In this document: in pieces, positions 16,568 to 25,987 of the stretch
Layout of the letters: every line of letters begins with the position of its first letter
How positions within the stretch are numbered: the first letter of the stretch is position 1
Source: Rhizomicrobium sp.
Lineage (GTDB): Bacteria; Pseudomonadota; Alphaproteobacteria; Micropepsales; Micropepsaceae
Direction of reading: 5' to 3'
Length of the DNA stretch: 64,000 bases
Assembly: GCA_035250225.1 (NCBI GenBank)
Contig: DATFFI010000219.1
Span: forward strand, 256 to 64,255
Notes under the pieces: generated by a model
What the model was told of the DNA's origin: nothing
What the model saw: only the letters and a program-made list of their open reading frames with translations
Database searches by the model: none
Translations under genes and position numbers: made by a program

Positions 16568-18589
16568 ATGTTTTCGACAAGCACAGGATGTATGATTTCC
16601 ACGCGTTTCATTGCTGCCATTCCCATCCTGGTTATCGCCGGGGTGATGGCTTATGCCGCGCCGCCCAAACCCAGCACCGTCCGGGTGCTGAGCGCCAACG
16701 ACCGCGCCATTTACCAACGTGCCTATGAGGCAGCAGAAAAAGGCGACTGGGTCGGCGCCCGCGCCCTGGCGGGCATGGGCGCCAATCCCCTGCCCCGGCA
16801 GTTGCTGGAATGGCGCTATGCGCTCCAGGGAAACGCGACTTTCGAAGAAATCGATGCGGTCCTGAAATCGACTGCGGGCTGGCCGGGACGGGCGCTGCTG
16901 GTGAGTCGCGCCGAACAGGCCATCCTGCCGGAGACCGACCCGTCCGGTATCATCGCCTGGTTCGGGACGCGGGCGCCGTCAACCAGCATTGGACGTATCC
17001 GATTGGGGGATGCCCTGATTACGCAGGGCGGCGCCTCCGCCACCCGTGGCCGCACGCTGGTGCGGGATGGTTGGGTGGGCGGCAGTTTCGACACCGCCAC
17101 CGAATTGGCGATCGTGCAGGAGCATGGGGCGATCTTCACCCCGGCCGATGAACGCACGCGGCTGGACAATCTGATCTGGCGCAGCCAGATCACGGCAGCC
17201 CGCCGCCAGCTCGCGCGCGTCAGCGGCAATACCAGTGTGGCCCGGGCGCGCATCGCGCTGGCGGGCGGCACCCGCGCCGCCCGTATGGCGCTGGCGGAGA
17301 CTGAAGGCAGCAGCGATGCCGGACTGCTCTATGATTGGGCGGTGGCGCTGCGCCGGGAGGACCAGGAAGACGCCGCTCACGCTATGCTGCTGCGCATTCC
17401 CGCCGGGGCGTTGAAGGACCATGCCGCGAACTGGTGGAACGAACATCACGTCCAGGCCCGCGACGCCCTGACCGACGGCGATCCGCGCATGGCGATCCGG
17501 CTGCTGGAACATGCCGCCCTTGCCGGCGGCGCCGACTATTCCGAGCAGCAATTCCTGATCGGCTTCATCAACCTGCGCTCCCTCAAGGAAGCGCGAACGT
17601 CCTTGCCCCATTTCCAGCGCATGGAAGCGGCGGTGGGCCGCCCCGTCTCCAAGGCCAAGGCGCAATATTGGCAGGGCCGCGCCTATGACGCGCTGGGCGA
17701 CGGCGCCAATGCCATGGCGCAATACCGCCGCGCCGCCGCATACCCTGAGACCTTCTATGGCCAGCTTGCCCTGGCCAGGACCGGCGGCGTGGTGCGCCTG
17801 ACCGAAGCGGCGATCGAGACGGCGCCGGAAAGCGAGCTGGAGACCTCCCTCTTCATGCCGGCGATCAAGGTCCTGGCCGAACTGGGCCAGGCGTCGGAGC
17901 TGCGCCTGTTCGTGGATGCCGATCTTGCCGCCCATCCCGGTTCGCGGCGGATGAAGCGCATGATGCAGAGCCTCAGCCAATGGGGCTATCCGGAGATCGC
18001 GGTGCGGCTGGCCAAGGCGCTGGGTTATGAGGGCAGCCTGGTACTGGCGTACAGCCACCCGGTGCTGGGCCTGCCGGCCTTTTCGGGCGCGGGCACGCCG
18101 CCGCCGCCGGCCCTGGTGCTGGGCCTGATCCGACAGGAATCGGAATTCGACACCTATGCCGTCTCCGGCGCCGGCGCCCAAGGCATCATGCAGATCATGC
18201 CCGCCACCGCCCGGGCCCAGGCCAAGATTGCGGGCCTGCCCTTCCGCCCCGACGCGCTGGTGGGCGACGCCGAGTACAGCATCAAGCTGGGCATGTCGGA
18301 ATTTTCCGAGATGCTGGCGCGTTACAATGGCTCCGTCATCCTGGCCGTCTCCGCCTACAATGCCGGCCCCGGCAACGCCTCGCGCTGGATCAGGACCATC
18401 GGCGATCCCCGCGTGCCGGGGGTCGATCCCATCGACTGGATCGAGCGCATTCCCTTCGGCGAAACCCGCAACTATGTGGCGCGGGTACTGGAGAATGCCG
18501 GGGTCTATCGGGCGCGGCTGGCGGGCGGTTCCGCCCCTTCCACCATCCTGAACGACCTCTACGCCCCCAATCCGCCGGCAACACAATAG
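16568..18589 (+). CDS. slt: lytic murein transglycosylase (Slt70-like)
   Basis: 673 aa with an N-terminal hydrophobic anchor or signal, a superhelical repeat region, and C-terminal SLT motifs GLIRQESEFD ... GAQGIMQIMPATA ... AYNAGPG. Alternative start at 16592 (MISTRF, AGGA upstream). Confidence 0.88.
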   Translation: MFSTSTGCMISTRFIAAIPILVIAGVMAYAAPPKPSTVRVLSANDRAIYQRAYEAAEKGDWVGARALAGMGANPLPRQLLEWRYALQGNATFEEIDAVLKSTAGWPGRALLVSRAEQAILPETDPSGIIAWFGTRAPSTSIGRIRLGDALITQGGASATRGRTLVRDGWVGGSFDTATELAIVQEHGAIFTPADERTRLDNLIWRSQITAARRQLARVSGNTSVARARIALAGGTRAARMALAETEGSSDAGLLYDWAVALRREDQEDAAHAMLLRIPAGALKDHAANWWNEHHVQARDALTDGDPRMAIRLLEHAALAGGADYSEQQFLIGFINLRSLKEARTSLPHFQRMEAAVGRPVSKAKAQYWQGRAYDALGDGANAMAQYRRAAAYPETFYGQLALARTGGVVRLTEAAIETAPESELETSLFMPAIKVLAELGQASELRLFVDADLAAHPGSRRMKRMMQSLSQWGYPEIAVRLAKALGYEGSLVLAYSHPVLGLPAFSGAGTPPPPALVLGLIRQESEFDTYAVSGAGAQGIMQIMPATARAQAKIAGLPFRPDALVGDAEYSIKLGMSEFSEMLARYNGSVILAVSAYNAGPGNASRWIRTIGDPRVPGVDPIDWIERIPFGETRNYVARVLENAGVYRARLAGGSAPSTILNDLYAPNPPATQ

Positions 18590-18594
18590 GCAAC

Positions 18595-18618
18595 AAAAAA
18601 GCCGCGCGAAGGCGCGGC
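18595..18618 (-). terminator. rho-independent terminator of the Sel1-repeat gene
   Basis: On the minus strand, GCCGCGC-CTTC-GCGCGGC is followed by TTTTTT, about 45 nt downstream of the stop at 18663. Confidence 0.6.
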
Positions 18619-18662
18619 GGCAACCCGCAAGAGGCGGGCAGGACAAAATCAAGCAGATAGTC

Positions 18663-18920
18663 TTATTTGAAAATCGAGAGCCACTCGCGGGCTAGTTTCT
18701 GCGCCTGGGCGATCTGGCCCGGGTTCATTTCCTCGGCGATCTGGTTGCGCCAGCGCTTGGCTTCCTCGACGCCGCGGGAGGCCGCGAGATTGAACCATTT
18801 GTGGGCCGCGACATAGTCGGCGGGAACACCCTGGCCGGTGGAATAGGCAAGGCCAAGATTGTAGAGCGCGTCGGCACGCCCCCGCTTCGCGTCCTGCTCA
18901 TACTGAGCAAGGCTGTCCAT
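18663..18920 (-). CDS. Sel1-like (TPR family) repeat protein
   Basis: ADALYNLGLAYSTGQGVPADYVAAHKWFNLAASRG is a canonical Sel1 repeat. Start taken at MDSLAQYE (18920); the tracked start at 18968 is possible. Confidence 0.75.
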   Translation of the reverse strand: MDSLAQYEQDAKRGRADALYNLGLAYSTGQGVPADYVAAHKWFNLAASRGVEEAKRWRNQIAEEMNPGQIAQAQKLAREWLSIFK

Positions 18921-19087
18921 ATCGATGCACGCCACGTTGGTCTCCCGTTCCAGACCGGCTGCGCACAAGAGTCCCCTGTGTGCATGTGGATGTTGATGGC
19001 AGAGAAACTAAGACGCGGTAAACGGGCATTAGCCTTAATTGCTAAGACGCGTTAGGGATGGTGAAGGAAGCACTAACAATCTTCGTT

Positions 19088-19207
19088 GTCATGCCCGCGA
19101 AAGCGGGCAGCGCCGTCCATACGCTGTTGCTATGGACCCGCGGGCGCGAAAGACTCTTTACGCTCGCAGACGCTCGCTTGGCTGGATGCCCGCTTTCGCG
19201 GCATGAC
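19088..19207. repeat. MITE/REP-like double-hairpin element
   Basis: Terminal inverted repeats GTCATGCCCGCGAAAGCGGGCA (19088-19109) and TGCCCGCTTTCGCGGCATGAC (19187-19207). Each end is itself a hairpin. The architecture is the same as the element at 59629-59714. Confidence 0.6.
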
Positions 19208-19216
19208 AAAGTGGGG

Positions 19217-19975
19217 TTATCGCGCGCGTTGCCCAAACAGGACCTTTTTGTCTGCATCGGTCATCGGCTTGCGAAGCTCCTTGCCAACCTCCAGGCCGCG
19301 CTTCACCGCCGAGCGCTTGCCAACCCGCTCGAACCAGCCGGCCAGGTTGGGAAATTCCTCCAGGGACGTATAGCGGGTCGCCGACCGCACCCAGGAATAA
19401 GAGGCGATGTCGGCGATGGAATAGGCGCCGGCCAGGTAATTGGTCTTCGCGAGGCGGGTATTCATCACCCCCAGCAGCCGGTGCACCTCGTCGGTGTAGC
19501 GCTTCTTCGGATAAGGCAGGTCCTCGGCGCTGTAATTGAGGAAGTGATTGGCCTGGCCGGCCATCGGCCCCAGGCCGCCGACCTGCCAGAACAGCCATTC
19601 CTCGACCGCGATCCGGGCCCGGTCCGCCGCCGGATAGAATTTCCCGGTCTTGCGCCCGAGATATTGGAGGATGGCGCCGGATTCGAAGACCGAAACCGGC
19701 CGCCCGCCGGGGCCGTCGGGGTCGACAATGGCCGGAATCCGGTTGTTGGGCGAAATTTTGAGGAAGGCGGGGGCGAATTGCTCGCCCTTGTTGATGTTGA
19801 TGGGGTGCAGCGCATAGGGAAGCCGCAGTTCCTCCAGCAGGATCGCGATCTTGTGCCCGTTCGGGGTGGGCCAATAATAGAGCTGGAGGGGCTGGGGGCG
19901 CCGGACCAGAGATTTTTTCCCGGTCTTCCGCGATTTTTTCGCTATGTCCGTCTCCCGGCGCGATGTCGCCCTCAA
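19217..19975 (-). CDS. glutathione S-transferase family protein (YfcG/YghU-like)
   Basis: LQLYYWPTPNGHKIAILLEEL ... NPNNRIPAIVD ... VFESGAILQYL is a thioredoxin-like GST N-domain with an alpha-helical C-domain. The basic N-terminal extension makes the start uncertain. Confidence 0.85.
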   Translation of the reverse strand: MRATSRRETDIAKKSRKTGKKSLVRRPQPLQLYYWPTPNGHKIAILLEELRLPYALHPININKGEQFAPAFLKISPNNRIPAIVDPDGPGGRPVSVFESGAILQYLGRKTGKFYPAADRARIAVEEWLFWQVGGLGPMAGQANHFLNYSAEDLPYPKKRYTDEVHRLLGVMNTRLAKTNYLAGAYSIADIASYSWVRSATRYTSLEEFPNLAGWFERVGKRSAVKRGLEVGKELRKPMTDADKKVLFGQRAR

Positions 19976-20011
19976 ATGAGAGAGACGACAAGGGTACTTC
20001 AGAAACAGCTT

Positions 20012-20041
20012 GGCCGCGGTACCGATTAGGGGACCGCGGCC
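20012..20041 (-). terminator. hairpin downstream of the Lys-rich micro-ORF
   Basis: GGCCGCGGT-N12-ACCGCGGCC (9-bp GC stem) lies 73 nt after the micro-ORF stop. The flanks are only weakly T-rich. Confidence 0.35.
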
Positions 20042-20113
20042 TTCGCTTTATTCATCGGATACTCCTGAAAAAGAACTCAGGGGTACCGAGAAGATTTAAC
20101 TGACCGAGGTCAA

Positions 20114-20191
20114 TTACTTCTTCTTCTTGGCGGCCTTCTTCTTGGTCGCCTTCTTCTTGGTGGCCTTCTTGGCCTTCTTCTTCGCAGCCAT
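20114..20191 (-). CDS. 25-aa poly-Lys/Ala micro-protein (candidate)
   Basis: AGAGGAGTTAAATCC-ATG, then MAAKKKAKKATKKKATKKKAAKKKK-TAA. All Lys codons are AAG, consistent with the genome's GC3 bias. Good SD spacing. It is too short for the ORF track. Confidence 0.55.
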   Translation of the reverse strand: MAAKKKAKKATKKKATKKKAAKKKK

Positions 20192-20269
20192 GGATTTAAC
20201 TCCTCTATCGTTCGTCCGGGTCCGAGCGACTCAGTGCCGCCCCCCAAGAACGCCAACAATATGAATTAC

Positions 20270-20287
20270 TTGCATTTTGAAATGCAA
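20270..20287. promoter_or_regulatory. perfect palindrome TTGCATTT-TG-AAATGCAA upstream of the micro-ORF
   Basis: 8-2-8 inverted repeat. Further AAATGCA(A/T) and GCATTTT copies lie at about 20324, 20338, 20355 and 20416. Read on the minus strand, TTGCAT-N18-CATATT could act as -35/-10. Confidence 0.4.
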
Positions 20288-20432
20288 CTCTGCCTTGACA
20301 TTTGAAATGGCCGCAAAACCCGGAAATGCAAGAAACCCGCATTTTACAAGGGTTAAATGCATCATTCTGTGTACGGACAAAAAATTGCGGAAAAAGCGGG
20401 GCTGATCCGCGATTTGCGCATTTTTGTGCGAA

Positions 20433-21938
20433 TCACCCCTCGTCGGGCAAATTGAGTCGGGTCTTGAGGGCCGCGTTGACCGCCGCCGGATTCGCTTTTC
20501 CACCCGTCTGCTTCATCACCTGACCGACAAACCAGGCGGCGAGCTTCGGCTTGGCCTTCACCTCTTCCACCTTGTCGGGGTTGGCGGCGATCACCGCCTC
20601 GATGGCGGCACCGATGGCGCCGGTGTCGGTCACCTGGCGCAGGCCGCGGGCCTCCACCACCGCTTTCGGGTCGCCACCCTCGGCCCAGACAATATCGAGC
20701 AGGTCCTTGGCGATCTTGCCGGAGATGGTGCCGTCCGCCGTCATGCGGATGATGCTGTTGTTGGCGGCGGCGGAGACCGGCACGTCCGTGATCGAAAGCC
20801 CTGACTTGTTGAGTCGGCCCAGAATTTCGTTGTTCAGCCAGTTGGCGGCAGCCTTGGCGTCCACGCCCTTGGCCAGTTCCTCGTAATAATCCGCAAGTTC
20901 GCGTTCGCTCACCAGCACGGAAGCATCGTAGGGCGACAAGCCCTGGGCGATGAAGCGGGCCCGCTTCTCGTCCGGCAGTTCGGGCAGCGATTTGGCAATG
21001 GCATCGACCCAGTCCTGCTCCAGTTCCAGCGGCAAGAGGTCGGGATCGGGGAAATAGCGGTAGTCATGCGCCTCTTCCTTGCTGCGCATGGAGCGGGTTT
21101 CGCCCTGGCGGCTGTCGAACAGGCGGGTTTCCTGGCGGATACTGCCCCCGTCTTCCAGGATATCGACCTGGCGGCGGGCTTCATATTCCACCGCCTGCTG
21201 GATGAAGCGCAGGGAATTGACGTTCTTGATCTCGCAGCGGGTACCCAGCGTCTTGAAAGAACCGGTCCGGCGGAATTCCTCATAGCCACCCGGGCGGCAG
21301 ACCGAGACATTGACGTCGGCCCGCATCGAGCCTTCGTCCATGTTGCCGTCACAGGTGCCCAGGTAGCGCACGATGGCCCGGAGCTTCTTGAGGAAGGCGG
21401 CCGCCTCCTCGGACGAGCGCATATGCGGCTTGGTGACGATTTCCATCAGCGCCACGCCGGACCGGTTGAGGTCCACGAAGGACTGGTCGGGATGCTGGTC
21501 ATGGATGGACTTGCCGGCATCCTGCTCCAGATGCAGGCGTTCGATGCCCACCTTGATGCTTTCGCCGCCCTTGAGGTCGATGGTGACTTCGCCCTCGCCG
21601 ACAATGGGGTCCTTGTACTGGCTGATCTGATAGCCGGACGGCAGGTCGGGATAGAAATAGTTCTTGCGGTCGAAGACGCTGCGCAAATTGATCTGGGCCT
21701 TCAACCCCAAGCCGGTGCGGACCGCCTGTTCGACGCATTTTTCGTTGATGACGGGCAGCATGCCGGGCATGCCGGCATCGACGAAGCTCACCTGGCTGTT
21801 GGGATCGGCGCCGAACGCGGTCGAAGCCCCGGAAAACAGCTTGGAATTGGAGAGGATTTGGGCATGGACTTCCATGCCGATGACGATTTCCCAATCGCCG
21901 GTCTGCCCCTTGATGGTCTTGGAAACAGGCGCGTTCAT
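20433..21938 (-). CDS. gatB: Asp-tRNA(Asn)/Glu-tRNA(Gln) amidotransferase subunit B
   Basis: 501 aa: [37 protein letters not shown], and a C-terminal YqeY-like tail. Confidence 0.95.
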   Translation of the reverse strand: MNAPVSKTIKGQTGDWEIVIGMEVHAQILSNSKLFSGASTAFGADPNSQVSFVDAGMPGMLPVINEKCVEQAVRTGLGLKAQINLRSVFDRKNYFYPDLPSGYQISQYKDPIVGEGEVTIDLKGGESIKVGIERLHLEQDAGKSIHDQHPDQSFVDLNRSGVALMEIVTKPHMRSSEEAAAFLKKLRAIVRYLGTCDGNMDEGSMRADVNVSVCRPGGYEEFRRTGSFKTLGTRCEIKNVNSLRFIQQAVEYEARRQVDILEDGGSIRQETRLFDSRQGETRSMRSKEEAHDYRYFPDPDLLPLELEQDWVDAIAKSLPELPDEKRARFIAQGLSPYDASVLVSERELADYYEELAKGVDAKAAANWLNNEILGRLNKSGLSITDVPVSAAANNSIIRMTADGTISGKIAKDLLDIVWAEGGDPKAVVEARGLRQVTDTGAIGAAIEAVIAANPDKVEEVKAKPKLAAWFVGQVMKQTGGKANPAAVNAALKTRLNLPDEG

Positions 21939-23429
21939 TTACGTCCTCCACCACTGGGTGGGCTTGGCCTTGAAATCGGCCGCGGTTTCGACGGCGCTGG
22001 CGGCTCGAAACAGCGTCGCCTCGTCGAAGGCCTTGCCGATCAGTTGCAGGCCCAGCGGCAGGCCATTCTCGGTCAGGCCGCCCGGAACGGAAATACCGGG
22101 CAGGCCCGCCAGATTGACGGTCACGGTGAAGACATCCTGCAGGTACATTTCCAGCGGATCGGCGGTCTTGGATCCCACCCCGAAGGCCGGACCGGGGGTC
22201 GAAGGCGTCAGCAGCACGTCGCACTTTTCGAAGGCCTGGTCGAAATCGCGCTTGATCAGGGTGCGCAGCTTCTGGGCGCGGGAATAATAGGCGTCGTAAT
22301 AGCCCGCCGAAAGCACATAGGTGCCGATCAGGATGCGGCGCTGCACTTCGGCGCCGAAGCCTTCGCCGCGGCTGCGTTCATACAGGTCGGTGATGTCGTG
22401 CGGATCGGCGGCGCGAAAGCCGAATTTGACGCCGTCATAGCGGGCCAGGTTCGACGAGGCCTCGGCCGGCGCGACGATGTAATAGGTCGGCAGCGCATAC
22501 TTTGTGTGCGGCAGCGAGACCTCGACGATCTCGGCGCCCTGGTCTTTCAGCCAGCCGGCCGCCTTGTCCCACAGGGCGGCGACATCGGCGGGAATGCCGT
22601 CGATGCGGTATTCCCGCGGAATGCCGACCTTCAGGCCTTTCACCCCGCCCTGCAGCAGCTTTTCATAGTCGGGCACCGGCAGATCGACGCTGGTGGAATC
22701 GCGCGGATCGATGCTGGCCATGCTTTTCAACAGGATCGCCGCATCCTTCACTGTTCGGGTCATGGGCCCGGCCTGGTCCAGCGACGAGGCGAACGCGACG
22801 ATGCCCCAGCGCGAGCAGCGGCCATAGGTCGGCTTGATGCCGACCGTGCCCGTCACGGCGGCCGGCTGGCGGATCGAACCGCCGGTGTCGGTGCCGGTCG
22901 CGGCCAGGCAAAGATTGGCCGCCACCGCGGCGGACGAACCGCCCGAAGAACCGCCCGGCACCAGGTTGGCGTTGGAATTGCTTGCCCGCCAGGGATTGAA
23001 GACCGGACCGAAGGCCGAAGTCTCGTTGGACGAGCCCATGGCGAATTCATCCAGATTGGTCTTGCCCAGCATCACCGCGCCTTCATTCCAGAGATTCTGG
23101 GTGACGGTGGATTCATAGGGCGGCACGAAATTGCCCAGGATCTTCGACGCCGCCGTGGTGCGGGTGCCCCTGGTGCAGAACAGGTCCTTGATCGCCAGCG
23201 GCAGGCCTTCCAGCGCGCCGGCCTTGCCTTCGGCGATGCGCTTGTCCGAGGCATCGGCCATCAGCAGCGCCACCTCTGCCGTTTCGGTGATGAAGGCATT
23301 GAGCGGCCGCGCCGCTTCGATCGCCTGGATGAAGGCGCCGGTCAATTCGCGGGAGGAAATCTTCTTCGCGGCAAGCGCATCGCGCGCATCGGCCAGGGAC
23401 AAGGCCGTCAGGTCATTCGCTATGGGCAT
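21939..23429 (-). CDS. gatA: Asp-tRNA(Asn)/Glu-tRNA(Gln) amidotransferase subunit A
   Basis: Amidase signature [13 protein letters not shown] ... [12 protein letters not shown]. Start taken at ATG 23429, 1 nt after the gatC stop; the tracked start at 23474 would overlap gatC. Confidence 0.95.
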   Translation of the reverse strand: MPIANDLTALSLADARDALAAKKISSRELTGAFIQAIEAARPLNAFITETAEVALLMADASDKRIAEGKAGALEGLPLAIKDLFCTRGTRTTAASKILGNFVPPYESTVTQNLWNEGAVMLGKTNLDEFAMGSSNETSAFGPVFNPWRASNSNANLVPGGSSGGSSAAVAANLCLAATGTDTGGSIRQPAAVTGTVGIKPTYGRCSRWGIVAFASSLDQAGPMTRTVKDAAILLKSMASIDPRDSTSVDLPVPDYEKLLQGGVKGLKVGIPREYRIDGIPADVAALWDKAAGWLKDQGAEIVEVSLPHTKYALPTYYIVAPAEASSNLARYDGVKFGFRAADPHDITDLYERSRGEGFGAEVQRRILIGTYVLSAGYYDAYYSRAQKLRTLIKRDFDQAFEKCDVLLTPSTPGPAFGVGSKTADPLEMYLQDVFTVTVNLAGLPGISVPGGLTENGLPLGLQLIGKAFDEATLFRAASAVETAADFKAKPTQWWRT

Positions 23430-23430
23430 C

Positions 23431-23718
23431 CTATTCCACCACCTTGGGGACGGTGAAGAAATGATCCTCGCCACCCGGCGCGTTCGCCATCAGCGCGTCG
23501 GCGTTGCCGCCATCGGTGACCGCGTCCTGGCGCCATTTGAGCTTCTGCGCCACCACCGACGTGAGCGGCGGCACGCCATCCACCTTCACCTCACCCAGCA
23601 TCTCCACCCATTTGAAGATGCCGTTGAGCTCGCCGGCCATCGGCTCAAGCCGGGCCTCCGGCACGGCCAGCCGGGCCAGCCTGGCGATACGGCGCACGGT
23701 GTCCTTGTCGACGGACAT
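23431..23718 (-). CDS. gatC: Asp-tRNA(Asn)/Glu-tRNA(Gln) amidotransferase subunit C
   Basis: 95 aa: [19 protein letters not shown] ... [12 protein letters not shown]. First gene of gatCAB. Confidence 0.92.
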   Translation of the reverse strand: MSVDKDTVRRIARLARLAVPEARLEPMAGELNGIFKWVEMLGEVKVDGVPPLTSVVAQKLKWRQDAVTDGGNADALMANAPGGEDHFFTVPKVVE

Positions 23719-23878
23719 GGGAAGCTTCCTGTTTGCTGGAAAGGCCCGGCCTTGCTAGCAATCGGGGGCCGCACTTGGCAAGGAATCTGGGCAAGGAAAT
23801 CGGGGAGCCCGCTTGGCCTGCCGAACCGGCCAAAATGGGAAAAAACCGTTGGCTGTGACCGGGCTTGCCGAACTGGAA

Positions 23879-24328
23879 ATGCCGCCGGGCAAGCGCCTTC
23901 TGGGCCTGGACCTGGGGGAAAAGACCATCGGCCTGGCCCTTTCCGACACGCTGCTGATGGTGGCCACCCCGATGAAGACCCTGAAACGGGGCAAGTTCGG
24001 ACCCGATGCCGCCAGCCTCGACATTATAATAAGGGAGCAGGGGGTCGGCGCGCTGGTGGTGGGATTGCCGCTCAACATGGACGGGTCGGACGGCCCCTCG
24101 GCCCAGTCGGCCCGGGCTTTCGCCCGCAACTGGGCCGCGAGAAGTCCCCTGCCCGTGATCCTGCAGGATGAGCGGCTGTCCACCAGCGCCGTCACCCGCA
24201 CCCTGCTGGAAGCCGACGCCTCGCGCGCCCGCCGCGGCGAGGTGGTGGACAAGATGGCGGCCGCTTACATTCTGCAGGGCGCGCTGGACCGGCTGCGCAA
24301 TTTGAGGGGCGCCCGCCAGCCATCATGA
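23879..24328 (+). CDS. ruvX: Holliday-junction-resolvase-like nuclease RuvX (YqgF)
   Basis: Start at [23 protein letters not shown] (23879). [11 protein letters not shown] motif. The stop overlaps the MFS start (ATGA). Confidence 0.88.
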   Translation: MPPGKRLLGLDLGEKTIGLALSDTLLMVATPMKTLKRGKFGPDAASLDIIIREQGVGALVVGLPLNMDGSDGPSAQSARAFARNWAARSPLPVILQDERLSTSAVTRTLLEADASRARRGEVVDKMAAAYILQGALDRLRNLRGARQPS

Positions 24329-25599
24329 CAGACCAGAACCCATCCGCCCGCTTCCTCTGGCTGCTGCGGCCGCCGGTGCCGATCGACCGGCCGACTGAAC
24401 GCATCATGCTTCTGGTGGGCGCGGCGGCCTTGTTCGCCGGCTATGACATGAATGTCTTCGGCCTGGCGATTCCGCAGATCCAGGCCAGTTTCGCCATTCC
24501 GGAAAACCAGGTCGGGCTGACCGTTTCCTACTTCCGCATCGCCGCCATCCTGGCGCTGCTGCTGGCGGCCAGCGCCGACATTGTGGGACGGCGGCGATTG
24601 CTGCTGTTCACCATCATCGGCCAGGCGGTCTTCACCCTGCTGACCGCTTTTGCCCAGGACTATGGGCAATTCGTGGGGGCGCAGTTTCTCACCCGCGTCT
24701 TCGGCTATGCCGAGGAAATGCTCTGTATCGTGGTGATTGCCGAGGAAATCGACGCCCGCGCGCGCGGCTGGGCCAATAGCGCGCTGAGCGGCTTCAGTTA
24801 TTTCGGCGCCGGGCTGGCGGCGCTGGTCTTCATGGCGGTCAATCTGCTGCCCTATGGCTGGCGGGCGATATACCTGATCGGCGCCGTGCCGCTTTTCATG
24901 GTCGCCTATCTGCGCCGCCGCCTGCCGGAAACGCAGCGCTTCGAGATGCAACAGGTCAAGATTGCCGGCTCGCGCATCGCCGAAAGCCTGGCGCTGGTGC
25001 GTGCCATGGCGCGAGAGTATCCGCGGCGGCTTTTCACTGTGCTGGTGGCGGCCGCGGCCTTCGGCTTTGCGGTCGCGCCCGCCAGCGTGCTTTATTCAAA
25101 ATATCTGCAAAGCACGCTGGGCTTCAGTCCCGGACAGGTGTCGATGCTGATCATTCCCTGCGGGCTGGTCGGCCTGGGCCTGACCATCATGGCCGGACGG
25201 ATATCCGACCGGATTGGACGGCGGCCGACAGGAATGGCGATCCTGCTTCTGGCGGCCGGCGGTTTCAGCCTGTTCTATGGCGGCGCGCCGGGATGGGCGC
25301 TGGCGCCGCTCTGGATTGTCGCCTTCTTCGGCTTTTTCGCGGGCGAGGCGCTGATCGCCGGCTTCGCGCTGGAGATCATGCCCACACGCTACCGCGCCAC
25401 CGTCTCCGGCCTGCGCTATCTCTGCGCCATCGGCGCGGGTGCGCTGGCGCTGGCGCTGGAAGGCGTCTTCTTCGACCGCTTCGGCGCGCACGGACCCGCC
25501 ATCCAGATCATGCTGCTGGCGATTCCGATTGCCATGGCGGCGATCTGGACCCTGCCCGAACCGGCAGGAAAGAGCCTGGAGGAGATGACCCGCGCTTGA
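24325..25599 (+). CDS. MFS transporter
   Basis: 424 aa with about 12 hydrophobic segments. MFS motif-A-like loops DIVGRRRLL and [12 protein letters not shown] occur in the two halves. Confidence 0.85.
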   Translation: MTDQNPSARFLWLLRPPVPIDRPTERIMLLVGAAALFAGYDMNVFGLAIPQIQASFAIPENQVGLTVSYFRIAAILALLLAASADIVGRRRLLLFTIIGQAVFTLLTAFAQDYGQFVGAQFLTRVFGYAEEMLCIVVIAEEIDARARGWANSALSGFSYFGAGLAALVFMAVNLLPYGWRAIYLIGAVPLFMVAYLRRRLPETQRFEMQQVKIAGSRIAESLALVRAMAREYPRRLFTVLVAAAAFGFAVAPASVLYSKYLQSTLGFSPGQVSMLIIPCGLVGLGLTIMAGRISDRIGRRPTGMAILLLAAGGFSLFYGGAPGWALAPLWIVAFFGFFAGEALIAGFALEIMPTRYRATVSGLRYLCAIGAGALALALEGVFFDRFGAHGPAIQIMLLAIPIAMAAIWTLPEPAGKSLEEMTRA

Positions 25600-25600
25600 G

Positions 25601-25849
25601 TTACGGCGCGGTGCCGGTGGAGGGCGTGGTCACACCGTCATCATCATTGCTAACGACCACGGCAATAGTGACAGCGACAATCGCGGCGACGCCCAGCCAG
25701 ATCAGGCCGGGACCTTCCAGGGCCGCCTGCTTGACCCCCGCCGGCTTGCCGGCGGAGAGCGGACCCTTGGCGGGTTCGGCGGCGAAGGCGCTGGAAACCA
25801 GCAAACCGGTTAAAGCCAGTGCGCCGACGGCATGCGTCATGGATTTCAT
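25601..25849 (-). CDS. small exported/membrane-anchored hypothetical protein
   Basis: Start at MKSMTHAVGALALTGLLVSSAFAAEP (signal-like), followed by a second hydrophobic helix LIWLGVAAIVAVTIAVVV and an acidic tail. Confidence 0.45.
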   Translation of the reverse strand: MKSMTHAVGALALTGLLVSSAFAAEPAKGPLSAGKPAGVKQAALEGPGLIWLGVAAIVAVTIAVVVSNDDDGVTTPSTGTAP

Positions 25850-25951
25850 TATCAATTCCCGTGTGGACCCTAAGGCCCAAACCCCCGATCCTGCTGAAGG
25901 TTCCCCAAAAAACTGCGGAATCACCAAAAAAAGTTAAGGGCGGGGAACTTG

Positions 25952-25987
25952 CCGCCCCCCTCCCTCCCCCCTATAAGCCCCCCTTTA
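25952..25987 (+). promoter_or_regulatory. C-run tract (G-quadruplex-capable on the opposite strand) abutting the pyrB start
   Basis: CCGCCCCCCTCCCTCCCCCCTATAAGCCCCCCTTTA-ATG has three C6 runs starting at 25955, 25966 and 25978. There is no purine-rich SD. TATAAG at 25972-25977 is -10-like. Confidence 0.35.

Noticed and set aside
18985-18993. DnaA-box-like TGTGGATGT (7 of 9 to TGTGGATAA). Weaker matches lie near 50206 and 50740.
   Set aside because: These are isolated partial matches and not clustered. They are insufficient to call DnaA boxes or oriC by eye.
20231-20523. Tracked ORFs 20231-20503 (-) and 20302-20523 (+) in the AT-rich spacer.
   Set aside because: They have AT-rich, non-GC3 codon usage unlike any real gene here, no SD, no motifs, and they overlap each other. 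The region is more plausibly regulatory.
25949-25987. TTG start at 25949 giving pyrB a proline-rich N-terminal extension ([13 protein letters not shown]).
   Set aside because: The extension is just the translation of the C-run tract. ATCases begin shortly before the HLL-I-x-x-LS motif, which fits the ATG at 25988.
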